A stretch of DNA of 64,000 nt from Styela clava (lineage: Eukaryota): assembly GCF_964204865.1 (NCBI RefSeq), contig NC_135250.1, positions 27,838,001 through 27,902,000 of the forward strand, in the 5' to 3' direction. Of the stretch, positions 11,898 to 25,578 are shown piece by piece. The position numbers and the translations under genes were made by a program. A model generated the notes under the pieces. The model ran no database searches. It worked only from the letters and a program-made list of their open reading frames with translations, and was not told the origin of the DNA. Position 1 is the first letter of the stretch. Every line of letters starts with the position of its first letter.

Positions 11898-14695
11898 CCA
11901 AGGTATAAAGTTTAAAAATGTAAAAATTTGTCAGGCCAACAGTTGTTATGCATGCATTCATCAGAGTATTTATGTATCTACTCTTTTATTACTTGTACTG
12001 AAGCGATGAATATTACTTGCCAAATGTAGATACGTAATTGTAAAGTACGCTCTTTGTTAATTGGTAATGTGTGATATCATTTCCTTGTGCACAAACGCTT
12101 ACCTGCAACAGTTTACTAAGGTTGTTTATTTGTAATCATGATCTGACTAATGTAATTCAATGATTGAGATTGAATCTTCCGAACAAAATTTTGAATTGGA
12201 AATATTGCTAATTTAGTTCGTGAACACTTTGGATATTTTTAATTTACTTAGATTACTCTTCACCCATTATGTATTTTGAAAGTGAATTGGCCAAATTATG
12301 AACAATGCTATGAAACAAGAGAGCGATGGTCAAATATATGAACACGAAATGATACGGGCATGCAATTTTTCACAATTTGGCACCGTATTGCAGCTGAGCA
12401 CAAATTTTAACTTACGCAAAGGCGAAACCACCACAAGGAGTGCAATTTTTAATTTTGTGATGACGTCATCGCACACAATACACGAATCTCTTAGAGGCCA
12501 CACATATTTTTGAGAAAGAGCAATGTCCAAATATGTGGACGCAAAGGTCGGGCATTGGTACTGGTACGGAAAGTCTAAAGCCTATAATAAAAAGGCCTTT
12601 AATTAAATTATTTATTGGCAATGAAGGATCAAATGACTAAACAAGAGAGCAATGCTGAAATATAGGGACACGAACGTCAAAACCCACACCCACAATTTCT
12701 CAAAACTATATTTTGAACGCTGGAACTAGAGACGGCTGTCATAAATACTTCTAGGTGTAGTTTAGTGGGTGGGCGTGTTGTAATAATTTTTGCATTTGCC
12801 ATTCCTGAGACCCACCTGATTGCGTCATCACAGCGATACGTCACAACTACGTCATATCATGTAATGAACCTTGCCAAAGCCAGATACCTTCCAAATACCT
12901 ACCTAAACTATTGCCTCACAAAAAAGCAAACAACGACATGGTGGAGTATAGTCACTGATTACAAATAAGAATTCACTTTGCTTCTATAGTCTTTTATCTT
13001 TATTCACGATTATTCCGCTTTTAAAATATGATTACACGAGAACTCGCGCATAAAATGTTTAATAATGAGGACAGGCATTCTTATAAAATTACAATCAAAT
13101 CAAAATCTAAAATAAACCCTTACACTCTCTATATCTCTGATACATTCATACCTAAAATATTACATGTTATCTTTCACTTTTGTTCATTGGCATTTCACGA
13201 AGGTATATTACGTAGTGATTTATTATCAAAGCTTACTAGAATTTACAAGTGAACGTAAATGTTATCAATTTATGGTAATTTACTTCAGACTAATCGTTCA
13301 GAACAAAACAAAGTTTTATATATTTTTTAAATAAGTATGTTTTAATTTCTCAAAATCTTTATATGTCTTCAGATCAAATTAAACTAAAAAGTTAGAAAAG
13401 AAATAATTTGAATGAATAAAGTGAAATGACGTACAGTTGGGACGAGAATGTGTATATGTATAACATGCAAATTGTCTCTGATGTATGGCTTACAAGAGAA
13501 TAGTAAAGCATGATAGCATGCTTGTATATTTATCAGTCTGTAATGTATTTTTTTTCAATTCGTCCAGAGTAGAGGTCAAATCAAGTTTTTCCAACCAGTA
13601 AAAGACAAAAATCATGCTAAAAATATATATATATAAAAAAATGATATTTAATCACTTGGGGATTAAAGGCGCGGGGAACCCAAACTGATTATCGAGCAGC
13701 TAAACCCAAAAATAAAATCAAAAGTAAACGATGCTCGCACTTGCGCTATGTCACAATTGATCATTGACCTTGGAAAGATATATTGATGCAAAACAACTAA
13801 ATGTTATACAGTTATGTAAATATTCAATGTCTTAATAATGGTTTAAATTTGTCGGTTCATATTCAGATGATCCATCAGGTTGTTGCAATGAATTGCTCAT
13901 CAATTATCCCACTTGACGCATTGGATCGGGATGTGTAGTCGTCTCAGAATGATCGTCTGAAATAGGTATTTCGTATCCAGAGGTCGCAGCTTGTATATTT
14001 GGTTGTATTTGTTTATTGACGATATTGTTCTCATAAATGTTTCGATCATTTTGAAACTGAGCTCTTGGAAAACTTGCGTTATGCACATTTGTTTTTTCAG
14101 GGTTGTCGGAAGTTGAAGCAGTTTTGTGCAGGCTCGTCCGACTCGTGGCCCGCGGGCCACATGTGGCCAATCGAAGGTTTCCGAGTGGCCCACGCGGTTC
14201 AATTCGAATCACAATGCCTCTCACAAATCTGGGCCATTATTGAAACCTCTAATAAAAAGATTATTCCTGGTCATTCAATCGCTCGAGAAGTACCACCCAG
14301 CTATCGAAATATTTTATTTAGGTCCCTTTGTGAGCGTTATTGGTGGAGAGAGATGCCTTGTATTTTAATCTGTTTTTCCTTTTTTTTTCCTGTGAAGCTA
14401 GAAGAGGCAATTTTTATGATCCTGATATTTGACAGTAGTTATTTGTACGAGCAAGTTTTTGCGCATGAACCATGTCAAATCCCCCGCGGGATCACTAATT
14501 TTTGATAGTGAAATGAAAAATTCGGTATGCATGGCTGCATCGTCCATCGCACCGAATATTGACAAACTTACTGGACAAAAGCGGTGTCATACTTGACATT
14601 AAAATATCTATTTGTGGTAAAAACTTTTGACGTAACTGTATCTTTGTATTTCCATTGTTTTTATAATTTTGGTGTGATGGTTTTGTTTGTTTTTT

Positions 14696-15620
14696 CATTA
14701 ATCAGAAGCAATGTAGTAAATACTAGAACATAACAACCATTTCAAGTGAAATGTGGCAGAAAGTCATGCAGCACTTGCCAACATTCCGAAGAAAGAAAAA
14801 TTGCAACAAGCAGACACAAGGACGTAGAAATGAAAATTAATCAGAAAATTACTTGCAACTCGGAGAATGTCATCTACTTAATAAGCTGCAAAAAGTGTGG
14901 CATGCAATACATAGGAGAAACGGGAAGACATCTAAAATATAGAATAACTGAACATATCAGAAGTATTAAAACCCAAAACAAAGATTTAGTTGTAGGTGCA
15001 CATTTCACCCAACCGGATCATTCACTTAAAGACTTCAGTGTCATTGGCATTGAAAAACTATTCCATGACCACATGTATAGAAAAAACAAAGAATCTTATC
15101 TCATTCATCGCTTCGGGACACATGAACCACAAGGGATGAATATTAAGGAAGTTTAAAGCAATTACTAATCTTGCATTCATTGTTTAACTCATCCTTTGTC
15201 TTTAATGTTGTTCTCAGGGTTGGATCATGCATGGCCATATATGTAGTCAACAGACAAACAATCAATATATTATAATTGACTCAAAGACGCTTTTCTGGTC
15301 AGCATCATCCAATGCTGAAAAACACAAAACACCATTGTTTAATTTGAATCTCAATTGTTCAATATAAAACAAAGAGAGAGAGATCTCATCAATGTCATCC
15401 CATTTCAGCCACCAGCTGTTATTTAATCAAGAATTCACTGATTTAATTGATTATTCAACATGCCTAACTCCCATTCTCTTATAATGATTGTTTAAATATG
15501 TATGTAACCGCTTTTCTTGTTGTAGTTGAACTATGTATGTCTGAAGAAGTCTGACCTTGGTCAGACGAAACGTTACACAAATATATTTGAGTTAGTGTGC
15601 AGCAAAACTCTTGAATCACT
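14696..15620 (+). mobile_element. 5'-truncated Penelope-like retroelement (GIY-YIG endonuclease plus 3' region)
   Basis: ORF 14746-15156: CGRKSCSTC knuckle, ITCNSENVIYLISCKKCGMQYIGETGRHLKYRITEH, VGAHF...H, R..KE..LI..F.T..P.GMN. These are the conserved motifs of the PLE endonuclease (Neptune-type knuckle). Confidence 0.92.
15532..15583 (+). ncRNA. Minimal type I hammerhead ribozyme of the Penelope-like element
   Basis: TGT-CTGAAGA-A-[GTCTGACC TT GGTCAGAC]-GAAAC-GTT-ACA: CUGANGA and GAAA core, 8-bp stem II, palindromic ACGT stem III, GUU cleavage triplet, TGT/ACA stem I. Confidence 0.8.
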
Positions 15621-16785
15621 TAAGACATTTCAAGTGACCCGCTCAATCATTCGTAAATTAAATGTGGCCCTTTGGCCAAAAAGGTTGGTCAACCCTGGTC
15701 TTGTGGTTACGCTGTCTAAATCAAAATACATATATTTTGTAGTAAATATATTCACTTATAGGTTGATAACCGAATAAAATTTGGGTAGTATGTCTAAATG
15801 CATGCATACTCAGGTATCCTTGTTAATTTGCGGGTTTACCAAATCCAAGATTGTTTACGTTGGGTATAGAATAGTGCACGTCCGCTTATAGCAGGTCGAT
15901 GTAATTTTCCGACGTTTCGAATTTCTATGCAAATAGAACTTAACAATTTGATGTCGAATTTCTAAGCTGATATACTCCAGCCCACTAAGTCAGCAAATTA
16001 TATCGTTCTGGTAAAATTGTGCTCCATACCCCCGACACGAATAAAGTGCAAATCGTGCGCCATGTGTTTAGTGATTTTAACGAAACTTCTTAAAGTAGCC
16101 CAGATGCGTCATTATGTGCATTTATTATATCTGTATCCGTATTAAACCCCCCATCTCAGGCAATGTTGATACAATTTCATACATTTGGGACAAATAACTG
16201 TTTCAATATTTGAATAGGACCGGTGATGAGACTACGAGGCCGTGGTTAGTCACATAGTCAAAAGCTGGCTTCGTGACTTCCTATTTATGAGATATAAACA
16301 TGAAATACCTTGTCTCTTTCCTGTCGTATCCATGCCCCAATGAATCCAAGCCAAATAGGCTAAAGTTGTCGTCGAATTAATTACAATTGATCAACAATAT
16401 CTAATCGACACGTTTGGGTTTAGTCATTTTGAATTCGACCATTGATTAGTGCACATAGAACCTGTAAAACTGGTATTGATGGTCACGTTCAGTTGACATG
16501 ACCAAACTTTTTTGGAAAATATTTCGAATCAAAGTCGGCATCGCTCATCTAGGAATAATACAATAAGGCAAAGTTAATAGCAATCTTGGATACAACTGTA
16601 TTATGTTTAGAGCTTATCGTCCTGGTGAAAAAGATTTCACGTCCGGTTGTTGAGGGCAAAGTATTTTTAACGTGGAGCGCCTACGAATCGCTCACCAAAT
16701 CTTTGTTGTAAAAAAAAAATCGCTGTAATCTGCAACTAATATACCAATCGGTTTCAAAAATATTCAGCATCCAGTGGGTGTAAGG

Positions 16786-17576
16786 CAATGGTGCCAAACC
16801 CGCCGGACTGTTTTTTGCGGCCCGCCCAATAAATTTTGTAAGAAGATTTTTTGAATTTTTACTGTGTTATACAGGCGGAATTATGTTTCGTGATTTTGGT
16901 GTGATTATTCCATCTGATGCGCCCTGATGGACATCAACTTTATTTTTTTTTTATTCCCCGCAGAACTGTGTGTTTTGTTTGACGAACTCGAAAGATATTG
17001 TGTGATCGTTGGCGACGAACGCTGAGCGAAATTATAGTAATGAATTTGGAGCCTATATTGAAGTTTCAAATTATACGAAACCGCACTCTAAAGTTTGTTG
17101 TTCCCGCGACATTGACGCACATTACGCTCATTTTAACATTGAAACAATATCATAGCCTCTGAGAATAAATAAATAAAAAACATCATGGCTCAAATATAAG
17201 ACTCAATTTTGACGTCTTTGTTTGTTAGTAAAAACTGTGTGCAGATTCTCGCGGGGTCGTCAGGTATACACAAGTGCGTTGTGTAATGATTGATTTTTTG
17301 ATTCAGCGACCCGCGAGTTTCAAGTCCATCCCCCGTGTTACCAGATATTTGAATAGTAAACTGCTGATATTCGAATGTTTTGCCAGCACTAATCAGTAAC
17401 CAGTAAATTATTCTTAACTTGATTGATTTTATGTTACCGTAATAATCTTGCGTCTTATGTATATGTAAATTCTAATGAAATCAGGTCTTGGCTAGTATTA
17501 AAGTTTGGTACACGGCCCGTAATGAATTTCGACATGTGAAAGTGGCCCGTGAAACGAAAATAGTTGGGCAGGCCTG
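16786..17576. mobile_element. Older hAT-like non-autonomous element splitting the class III stalk/TM exon
   Basis: Ends CAATGGTGCCAAAC / GTTGGGCAGGCCTG with subterminal GGCCCG motifs and a degenerate 8-bp TSD. Same insertion at 39608-40398 and, left-truncated, at 26497-26739. Confidence 0.7.
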
Positions 17577-18823
17577 TTGTGAAGAGTTGCTTGAAGAATA
17601 TTTTCTGAAATTTTGTTGAGCTCTGTGTTTGGGCCCGAATTTGTTATGCTTTGAATATGAAACCTCCGTGTCATCTGAGCATTGACTTTTAGTTTTTATA
17701 GAATATTATTGTTGATGCAAAAAATATTACAATACACGTACTAAGGTAACTAAGCCATATTTGTATGTACTGTAATGAAGAAATCAATAGTAATGAGGCT
17801 GCATCCTTTTATTAAATTTGGATTAGCTGCTGGCGATATTTAGGCAACCGTGCTAAAAACCTTATGAAAGTAGATGATTTAAGATTATAATTTGCCCGAT
17901 GTTTTTTTGCTGACTGGTTTTAAAATCAAGCCTGGGCCTTATCTGATTGCCAAGTCAATTCAGAAAGCCTGTACCATCTTGTTAGTGTGGTTGGCGACTT
18001 TTCTTTCTTTCTTTACATTCCCTCTAGGCATGGAATAAAGAAAATGCCCTTCTCATTTGATCTCTATAGAACTTGCGTTTGAATGTCGCAGTAATTTGCA
18101 CGGTAATTTTTTACTGGTTTTACTGGCTGGACGTGAATGTCTTTCAATATATTTTTTCTGGGAATTCTAATGATGTAAATTCTCTTCCTATTTGATATGC
18201 GATTTTCATTTGAATAACGAATGTTGCAGTAATGAATGTATTTCCATATTAAAACGTTACACGGAGAAGAGACTAAGAATATACACAAGCAAAAGAAACA
18301 TGCAACAGCATTGTGCAAGTCAACGAAATGTTCATATCTATATTTGAAAAACAATTTTTTTTGGAGTCGCTTTAGCTTCTTAATCGAAAGAAAAATATGC
18401 CAAATCTTCGTCTGCAGAATCAGATAGGAATCCTGTGTATATAAACGTCAATCATGAGATACATGTTCTACATGGTCTGTCTTTAGCTAGCTCCGGCAAG
18501 ATGAATATATAGAATAAATATATCTATCACGATATTAACATTTCTAAGTTTATTTTTCTATGCGTTTTCGTTTTGCATGAGTATTTTCATGAGCACAAGA
18601 TCTATCGAGATGCGCACTCGCTACTTCGAGTTTTTCAACTCCAGATTACCATGTTCCACTGGCTCAATCTCCTAACTAAAATTATTTATTTTTGCGGATT
18701 AGTCGTCTGAAATCATTGTTTCAATTTAATTTTAAAGTTAGGCATCTTATTAAATAAATCTGTACCGACCTGGACTCCGACATCCAGGATTTCAAAAGTA
18801 TGCCTCAATGAAGCATAGATAAA

Positions 18824-18936
18824 TGGCGCCTCCGTAGTATGTGTACCAAGATGGCACACAACCCGATGGACCTAACCTGGTAAAAATACTATGTTCAGGT
18901 TGTGCGCCATTTTGGTACACATACTACGGGAGCACC
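18824..18936. mobile_element. Short fold-back MITE related to the 8012 family
   Basis: CCGTAGTATGTGTACCAAGATGGCACACAACC ... GGTTGTGCGCCATTTTGGTACACATACTACGG. Copies at 27978-28089 and 41643-41754. Confidence 0.8.
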
Positions 18937-18971
18937 AAGTAAATAATGCATTAACACACGTATAAAACCAG

Positions 18972-20336
18972 CTAGCAACTATAGATTCGGTTTCCCAATT
19001 TCGGGTCAATAGGAAAATTGGAATTTCCTTCAACGCTCTCAATTAACAAATTTAGCGGGTTGTTCTTACTCTTTACATTCCCTTTCCTTGGATGGTAATA
19101 GGTTTTCTTCACATCCCATTCCACTGATCGGAAATAGTTTGTCTTCACACCCCATTCCATTGGACTGTAATAGGTTGTTCTGAAAAATAAAATCGCTTTG
19201 AAATACAGATATCGCTCATTGTAGAACACATTATGAAGTCTGTGGTGAGCAGTGCCGGATTTACCCTTAGCATAGGGGCCCGTCCTCTAAATTGTAAAGG
19301 CTTCATAATAAAGCCTGTTTAAAATGTTACAAAACTGATATTTGTTTATTGTTTTAGCCAGGTTAATATTTCTTGTCCCAAATTAGATTAAAATAGTTTA
19401 AAACAAAAATACGGTCGAATGAATAAATTTGTTTAATTCTGAGAATCGCTACCTCTTTAATCGTTATTTTAAAATTTAAAATGACATTTCACCGTAATAA
19501 TGCCTTTTTTTGAAAAGATAAAAAAAATACCTCGACTAAAACCAATTTAAAAATTGGTATATTTATTACTATTTCGTATCGGTATACACGCTCGGCAGCA
19601 TACACCTGCTTGGGTTCGCTTGTTCAAATCCCTTGGGGGAGATAATTATGTGAGAGAGGATTCATAAACTCTTCGCTGCCGCAGGAGGCCATTGCCAACA
19701 AGTACATGCATATGAAACAAATAACTAATTAATGGGATTAATCGAGATCCGGAAAATAACTGGTAACGCGGCGAGTTCGCCATATGATTATCTTCAACCC
19801 GGGTTTTAATATGTAAAATCCTGACCTATCCAATTTTTAATAATTCAATGAACATTTTATGTATCGATAATTGGTCAATGCCCGCCTTCTATTGTGACTA
19901 TGAACAGGTCTTATAAGTAAGGGATTTCTGTTGGTCTGGTGATCTTTTAATACAGTCTTCATTTCTTAGTTTTTTTCAATTCAACTTACTATCAAATCTA
20001 CTCGTACTATCTTGTCTGCAACTAAAATTTCGTATTTCGCGCTGGTCAATATTAAAATTATGACGTCATATCACCAGAGGTAGTTTTGACTTCATTATCG
20101 CTTGAAGTACAAAGAGTAATGCATGTTTTGCATTACAGTTTAACAATTACAGAAGCTTTCAGTCGTTACCAACACAATTTAGGAAAGACATCAATGGAAT
20201 CGGCAAAAATAATAAAACTGTCCTCATTTGAATACTGTCTTCATAACCCTGATGGTATATTCACTTACCTATACCATGAAGTTGATGTTTGGATTAGAAG
20301 TCCAACAATGAAAATGAATAAAATCATTCTTGGCAT
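18972..20336 (-). CDS. Possible two-exon 91-aa secreted peptide with Tyr/Trp 12-aa repeats (5' part of C1)
   Basis: Exon 20336-20269 (MPRMILFIFIVGLLIQTSTSWY, donor AG|GTAAGT, phase 2) joins in frame to acceptor TTTTCAG|19179, giving RTTYYSPMEWGV KTNYFRSVEWDV KKTYYHPRKGNV ... RIYSC*. Confidence 0.4.
19585..19831 (+). mobile_element. Degenerate tRNA-derived SINE-like remnant
   Basis: B-box-like GTTCAAATCC near the 5' end and simple ATCCT-type 3' tail. Copies at 28730-28980 and 42395-42548. Confidence 0.45.
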
Positions 20337-20689
20337 TATGTAGCTTATGATCTAGTTAACAAAGGAATCCGAAGCTGAATTATCTCCACTAATATAAGCT
20401 AATCTTACAGTACTAAACAACGACATGAAAAAATACACTAGTTTTACTACTGCTTTATCTTCATGATTTTATTCAACATAATCGAATTTTAAAATGGGGA
20501 CCGAACCGAATCGAGTTTTTTTCTTATATGTTCTGGTTTCATTGTCTAAATATGGTGTTATTGCCAGCTCGGTCGGCTCAACGTGTCCCTAAAAAATCAT
20601 AGTCCCACCAAGGTTGTAATATATTCAGTAGCATATGCTTGACAAAAAATTCCGGAATTTCCAAAACATAGCAGATCGCTGCGTATTAC

Positions 20690-20975
20690 AAGCAAGATGG
20701 GAAATACAAATGGTAATTTAGTTGACTTAATGGTGATAAATCCTTTTCCACTGACATATTGGCGCTGATTCGAAGCAAGGTGGAAAATATCAAAGGTATT
20801 TTTGGGTGTCTTGATGTCTGATAAAGCATTTTCCAATGACATATTGGCGTTGATTCGAAGCAAGGTGGAAAATAACAATGGTATTTTTGGGTGTCTTAAT
20901 GATGATAAAACATTTTCAACTGACATATGGGCGCCTGTTGATCGCGTCATCGTCGTATTTGTAGGCATTTTTACC
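20690..20975. repeat. 84-85 bp minisatellite (about 3 units)
   Basis: TGACATAT anchor recurs at 20752, 20837 and 20921. Confidence 0.85.
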
Positions 20976-21944
20976 TCATTTTTTATTAGAATATTTTCGA
21001 TATAATATAATTTGGATGGAATATTGTACGGGCAATGCTTACAATATGTTTTTTCCCTATTTAACAACAAGGGTGGCATGCAATATATTGGAGAGTTACA
21101 ACAGCACATATTCTTCAATAAAATATGATAATCACAAAAGAGCTTCACCCACAAACAGTTCAGATTCGAACATTTGTTAACCAGCCATTATATGATTAAT
21201 CAGTCACTTGAGCAAATATGATGAATCATGCTGTTCATTCACTTTGTGATTATAACATATTTCTGCGTCACAGTTTGCGTTAATAAGTGATTGTACAAGA
21301 ATTACTCTGAAAATTGGAATCATTCCCAGAATAAGTTTCCTTAAAGGTTCAAACCGATCCTTGAACAAAAGAAAACTCATTTATGCGTCACTTACATGCA
21401 AATATATTATACAAATATAAGTACAAATAATAAGCAAATATAAGTACAAATTAAAGTCTAACTATGTATAAAAAATATTTAGGACAAAAATAGTGTTACA
21501 TTCAAAAGTTTTTGAAAATTTAATTTGGAATGATTTTGTGAAATATAAAAAACGCGTATACATCGGTTGGGCTAAATATTAAGATGCACGCTTCTCGTTT
21601 TCCGTAGTTGTATTGTTAAATTAAAGTGTTTTAGAGATAGGATGCATGCTATTGAATGATAGAATACAGTATATATAGGTCACTAATATAACACGCGAAA
21701 AGAAAACCTAGATATATGTACAATAGTGTTCAAAGAAAGAAAAAGCAATTTGATAAAAGAAAACAGTGTAACAGATCAAAGTCTTCAGCAATCTGTAAAT
21801 TGATGAAATTTGCTGTTACGCTAGGAACACTATATATTATAAGCACATTTTGTGTTGTCCGAAGTAATAATCAAATCTGAGGGTTTTGAGACAAAATGTA
21901 TCTACATATTATAAAGCACGCTGTCAATCATTTCTCTTTCCGAC

Positions 21945-24725
21945 TCAGCGTTTTTTTGAAGTTTTTTCGTTTTTGTTTACCACGCTATACATATCTTCAA
22001 TGTTTTCGGAGTTGTTTGATTCCTGGGCCTCGTCGTTCTCTTGCTGCACTTCGTTTTCTTGCCGCGGTTCAGATTCCAGAGAGGTTGTTGACAATAATTG
22101 ACGATAGTTTGCCAGTTTGCGATAAAATCTGAAACACATATGATAGTGATAACGAAGAGCTTAGAAAAATAAGAACGAGTTGTACTACTGTTTGGACTTC
22201 AATATTTTGCTTGAAAGCGGTTCAAAAGTGTGAACTGAACTATACTTCCTACCATTTATAAAAGGGTCATTTACCAAGTTACTACAATTTCCTTAAAAGA
22301 ATTCAGCGCTACATGTAAAAACTTGAGACTGGAACCATGCAGAATTGGTAAAAAATCAAGAATTGCAGATTACCTCAATGTTAGGGTGATTATGAGAGGT
22401 ACTGCTGAACCAAGCAAGACTGCTAGAACAATTATCAAAATTGAATTATCCTTTGTATTACACTTTCCATCATAACCGTTGGAATCCCTCATTGTTGCCG
22501 AATTCGGAACTGAGGTTATATCACTCTGTGTATTGTTCATCAAATAACCAGAATGAGTTTCCGTCGGTTCATTCTCTGAATATGTTGTGTGATAGTTAGA
22601 TGTGGTGGGAACGCTATTACTTTCTGTAGGTTGTTGAAGTTCTACAAATAGGTACAGTTCACTTATTATTGGCGGGAACCCTTTTTAAATCCAAGCGTAT
22701 ATATTCAAACTCGCCCCTCAATTAAAGATTTCTATAAGAAATTATGGTATCAAATATTTGAAAAGTGCGTTTGTTTCGTTAAAACTAAAATTACATTCCC
22801 TAATGTTTGAGAGATTATTGACTAGTTGAGTATGCCAATGTACTACATATTTACAATAATGTATATACTGTACTATTCTACAGAATTAGCATATTATAAT
22901 ATCGTTGCAGCTCAGCAAGCATACAAATTTCTTCGAGTAATATATGATTACACTTTTTGCAGTTATATTATTTTCTACTTCAGATTACTGCTGAAGACAA
23001 TACGAAGAACTTAAGTTGAAATAGAATAATTCAATTCGCTTATACTTAATTTGTTGCTTTTACCTGTGTTGTTTAATATCCGGTATATTGACAGTATGTT
23101 GAATTCTTGTAATTCAGAAGAGTAACCATCTCCTGTCTTATATGTTAAATTAATTAAAAAAACATTATCTCCAATGATATGACGGTATATTTTATTACAA
23201 CCGTCAGTAACAGATTCATCAGATACAGTTTTTGAGGCGAAAAGGAAACAGTCGTTGAGTTTGGAATCACACAGTTCTGTATCCACTAATCCAGCTGAAA
23301 CATGGTGATTAGTTGGTGCCTTTACATGATAATACCTCCTATAATTTATCATATACGACACTAATGTGAGTATCGGGTCCTGATTTTACATATTATATCC
23401 GATATATTGGTTACCTACGTGGAGATCTCGACAAAAAAACTGCAAATACCAAATATATATTTTTTTAAACAAACAAAGTGGTACATTCTATCAGTGTTTA
23501 TATGGTGAATGGCGGGAACATTATCGCTTGTAATTTTGAGAGAAATTGTTTATTGTTGGGAAGTTTGAAATACATATCTGAGAATAACAAAATTCCCAAT
23601 TCCCAATTAACGCAACAGAAGATGATAAAGACAACTATTAAAAACTAGATGAGTAGTGCATTTATGCAACGTATATAACACATAAACATGTTTCGAGGGA
23701 AATAATGTGTGAATAACGTGATGAAATAAAATGACTAAGACACAAGATAATCGAAACAAGCTTTGGAGGCGGATACAAAACTATATTTTTATAATAACTA
23801 AAAGTTGTGTGATTGTTTCAAATAAACACGAAAAATGTATTCATATTGATTACCAGTAATTTTCAGAGATCCAATGCACTGACTGTTTTGAGTGAGATTA
23901 GTTTTAATAATTTTAACTAACAAGACGCTGTTAACATATGTGCAGCGATCGCTTTTCATTTCCCAAATACTGTGAATGTCCCCTGTTCTTCTGAAAAATA
24001 CAATTTAAAAATGACTATTTATTCTTTATTTTTATGTTCATATACGGCTGCATGATCATGGAATTTCATTTCATCATTTTTAAAAGTTTATCAAAATAAA
24101 ATTTTTTACTCTATTTCACATCATTCTGTTGATTATTATTCATGTTAAAATGATTTTTTATTGGATTGGATGCTTTAATTGTATCAATTTTTATCAAAAC
24201 TTAATAAAAAAAAAGAGAAATATTTTACCTTACACTTGCTCTTGATACAGGTGTAGAACATAAATCAACGTTAAACTGACTCAGACCGATAGATTGGTGA
24301 AGTATTGCTGCCACTATAGGTGAACAAGAAAAGATTATTTGCGTTCAATATTTTTCTTCAGAACTGACGAGTCATGAATCCGCTCTAAGGGTTTGAGTTT
24401 CAAACACACGATATAGTATTGAAGTTGACTTCGTTAGGTATACGTAGTTATATCCTTGTTTAAAAAAAGTTATAAAACGTTGAAGTGCCAAATTTTTGAA
24501 AGACTGAAACCCTGAATGGATTTCTAGAATTCATATCACTCACTCTAAAAGTTTCGAAATCATTAAAATTTGAATAAGTCATTTTAGCTCAACAAATTCA
24601 TTTCCTATACGTAGTGAAGTAAACAACACCTATCCACTTATATACATTATTGAGAGTCACTAATGAAAAATGATACGAAGTAATTACTCACCTATAATTA
24701 ACAATACCCGTGCGAAGAGATGCAT
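21945..24725 (-). CDS. Gene D: class I receptor with shortened tail
   Basis: Exons 24725-24692, 24313-24229, 23990-23854, 23294-23064, 22641-22374, 22128-21945; micro-exon donor is mutated. A +1 A in a homopolymer ends the tail at ...YSVVNKNEKTSKKR*; the ancestral stop is at 21902. Confidence 0.75.
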
Positions 24726-25357
24726 GTTTTTCAAATATGTCAGTTCCGTCTCTTGCAACTACACCAAAGAACTTTATATATATGATTATTCCAGGGTATA
24801 AATTTTGAAAACGTAAAACTTTGTCAAAGCGACAGTTGTTACGTTGCATTCATCAGAGTGTATCTATAATCATTTAATACGTGTACAAAAGCGATGAATC
24901 TTACTTGCCAAATGCAGATACGTAATTGTAAAGTACGTTCCATGTTCATTAGTAATGTGTGAGATCACTTTCTCGTGTATAGACGATCATCATCTACAAC
25001 AGTTTACTAAGGTTTGAAATTAGGATCTGACTAATGTAATTCAACGATTGAGATCGAATCTTCCAAACTAAATTTTGAATTAGTAATATCGATCATAAGA
25101 TCCCAAACACATTTTGTGGGCTTCGTAGTTTATTTAGTATACTCTCCACAAATTATGTATTGAAAATGAAAAGATCAAACGACTATATAAGAGAGAAATG
25201 CTGAAATATATGGAAAACGAAGGCGAGAAAACTTAAAACAAAATATTTTGTCCACAATTTCCCTAAAATTACATTCCGAAAAAAGCTGGAACTATGGAGG
25301 TACTAGGTATAGTTTAGTATTCTAACTAGGTATAGTTTAGTACCACAAGTACCTCTT

Positions 25358-25578
25358 GTGGGCGTGACGTAATAATTTTTGCATATGCCATTCCTGAGAC
25401 CCACCTAACCACGTCATCCCAAACTTACGTCAGTACTGCGCCACAATCACGCAATATAGCTTGCCGAAGCCAGATATCTCTCCCGCATTGATGTGATTGT
25501 GACGTCGCAGTGACCTTTTTTTTGTATGACTTAGTGAGGTGGGACAGGAATGGAATATGCAAAAATTGCACCGCCACT
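25358..25578. mobile_element. ~220-bp fold-back MITE
   Basis: ATTTTTGCATATGCCATTCCTG..CCCACC is mirrored by GGTGGGACAGGAATGGAATATGCAAAAAT. Copies at 38043-38261 and 63612-63826; half copy at 12766-12890. Confidence 0.75.

Larger units (their letters stand above)
14129..15697. mobile_element. Non-autonomous hAT-type element inserted in the C1 tail exon, carrying a nested Penelope-like fragment
   Basis: Ends CAGGCTCGTCCGACTCGTGGCCCGCGGGCCAC and GGCCCTTTGGCCAAAAAGGTTGGTCAACCCTG. 8-bp TSD GTTTTGTG (14121-14128) / GTCTTGTG (15698-15705). Empty site in C2 (about 25870) and C3. Confidence 0.85.
13810..20336 (-). pseudogene. C1: degenerate class III receptor gene (distinct leader/ectodomain, class II-like tail)
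   Basis: Signal exon 20336-20269. Exon from 19179. Stop-containing exon-like segments at 18.0-18.7 kb. Stalk/TM remnant 17690-16697 split by a hAT element. Tail exon 15715-13810 (AQFQNDRNIYENN...TSGYEIPI...HPDP...SLQQPDGSSEYEPTN) has stops and a transposon insertion. Confidence 0.65.

Noticed and set aside
12298-12513. Plus-strand ORF MNNAMKQESD... repeated at 55028, 61121 and 48987
   Set aside because: Copies differ by frameshifts and length, with no splice structure or recognisable domain. Treated as duplicated upstream spacer.
20745-20930. Repeat array considered as CRISPR
   Set aside because: Units are homologous over their full length with no unique spacers; eukaryotic context and no cas genes.
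20597-21154. 185-aa ORF, the longest in the track
   Set aside because: Spans the 84/85-bp minisatellite; successive units are read in different frames and paralogous blocks do not keep the frame.
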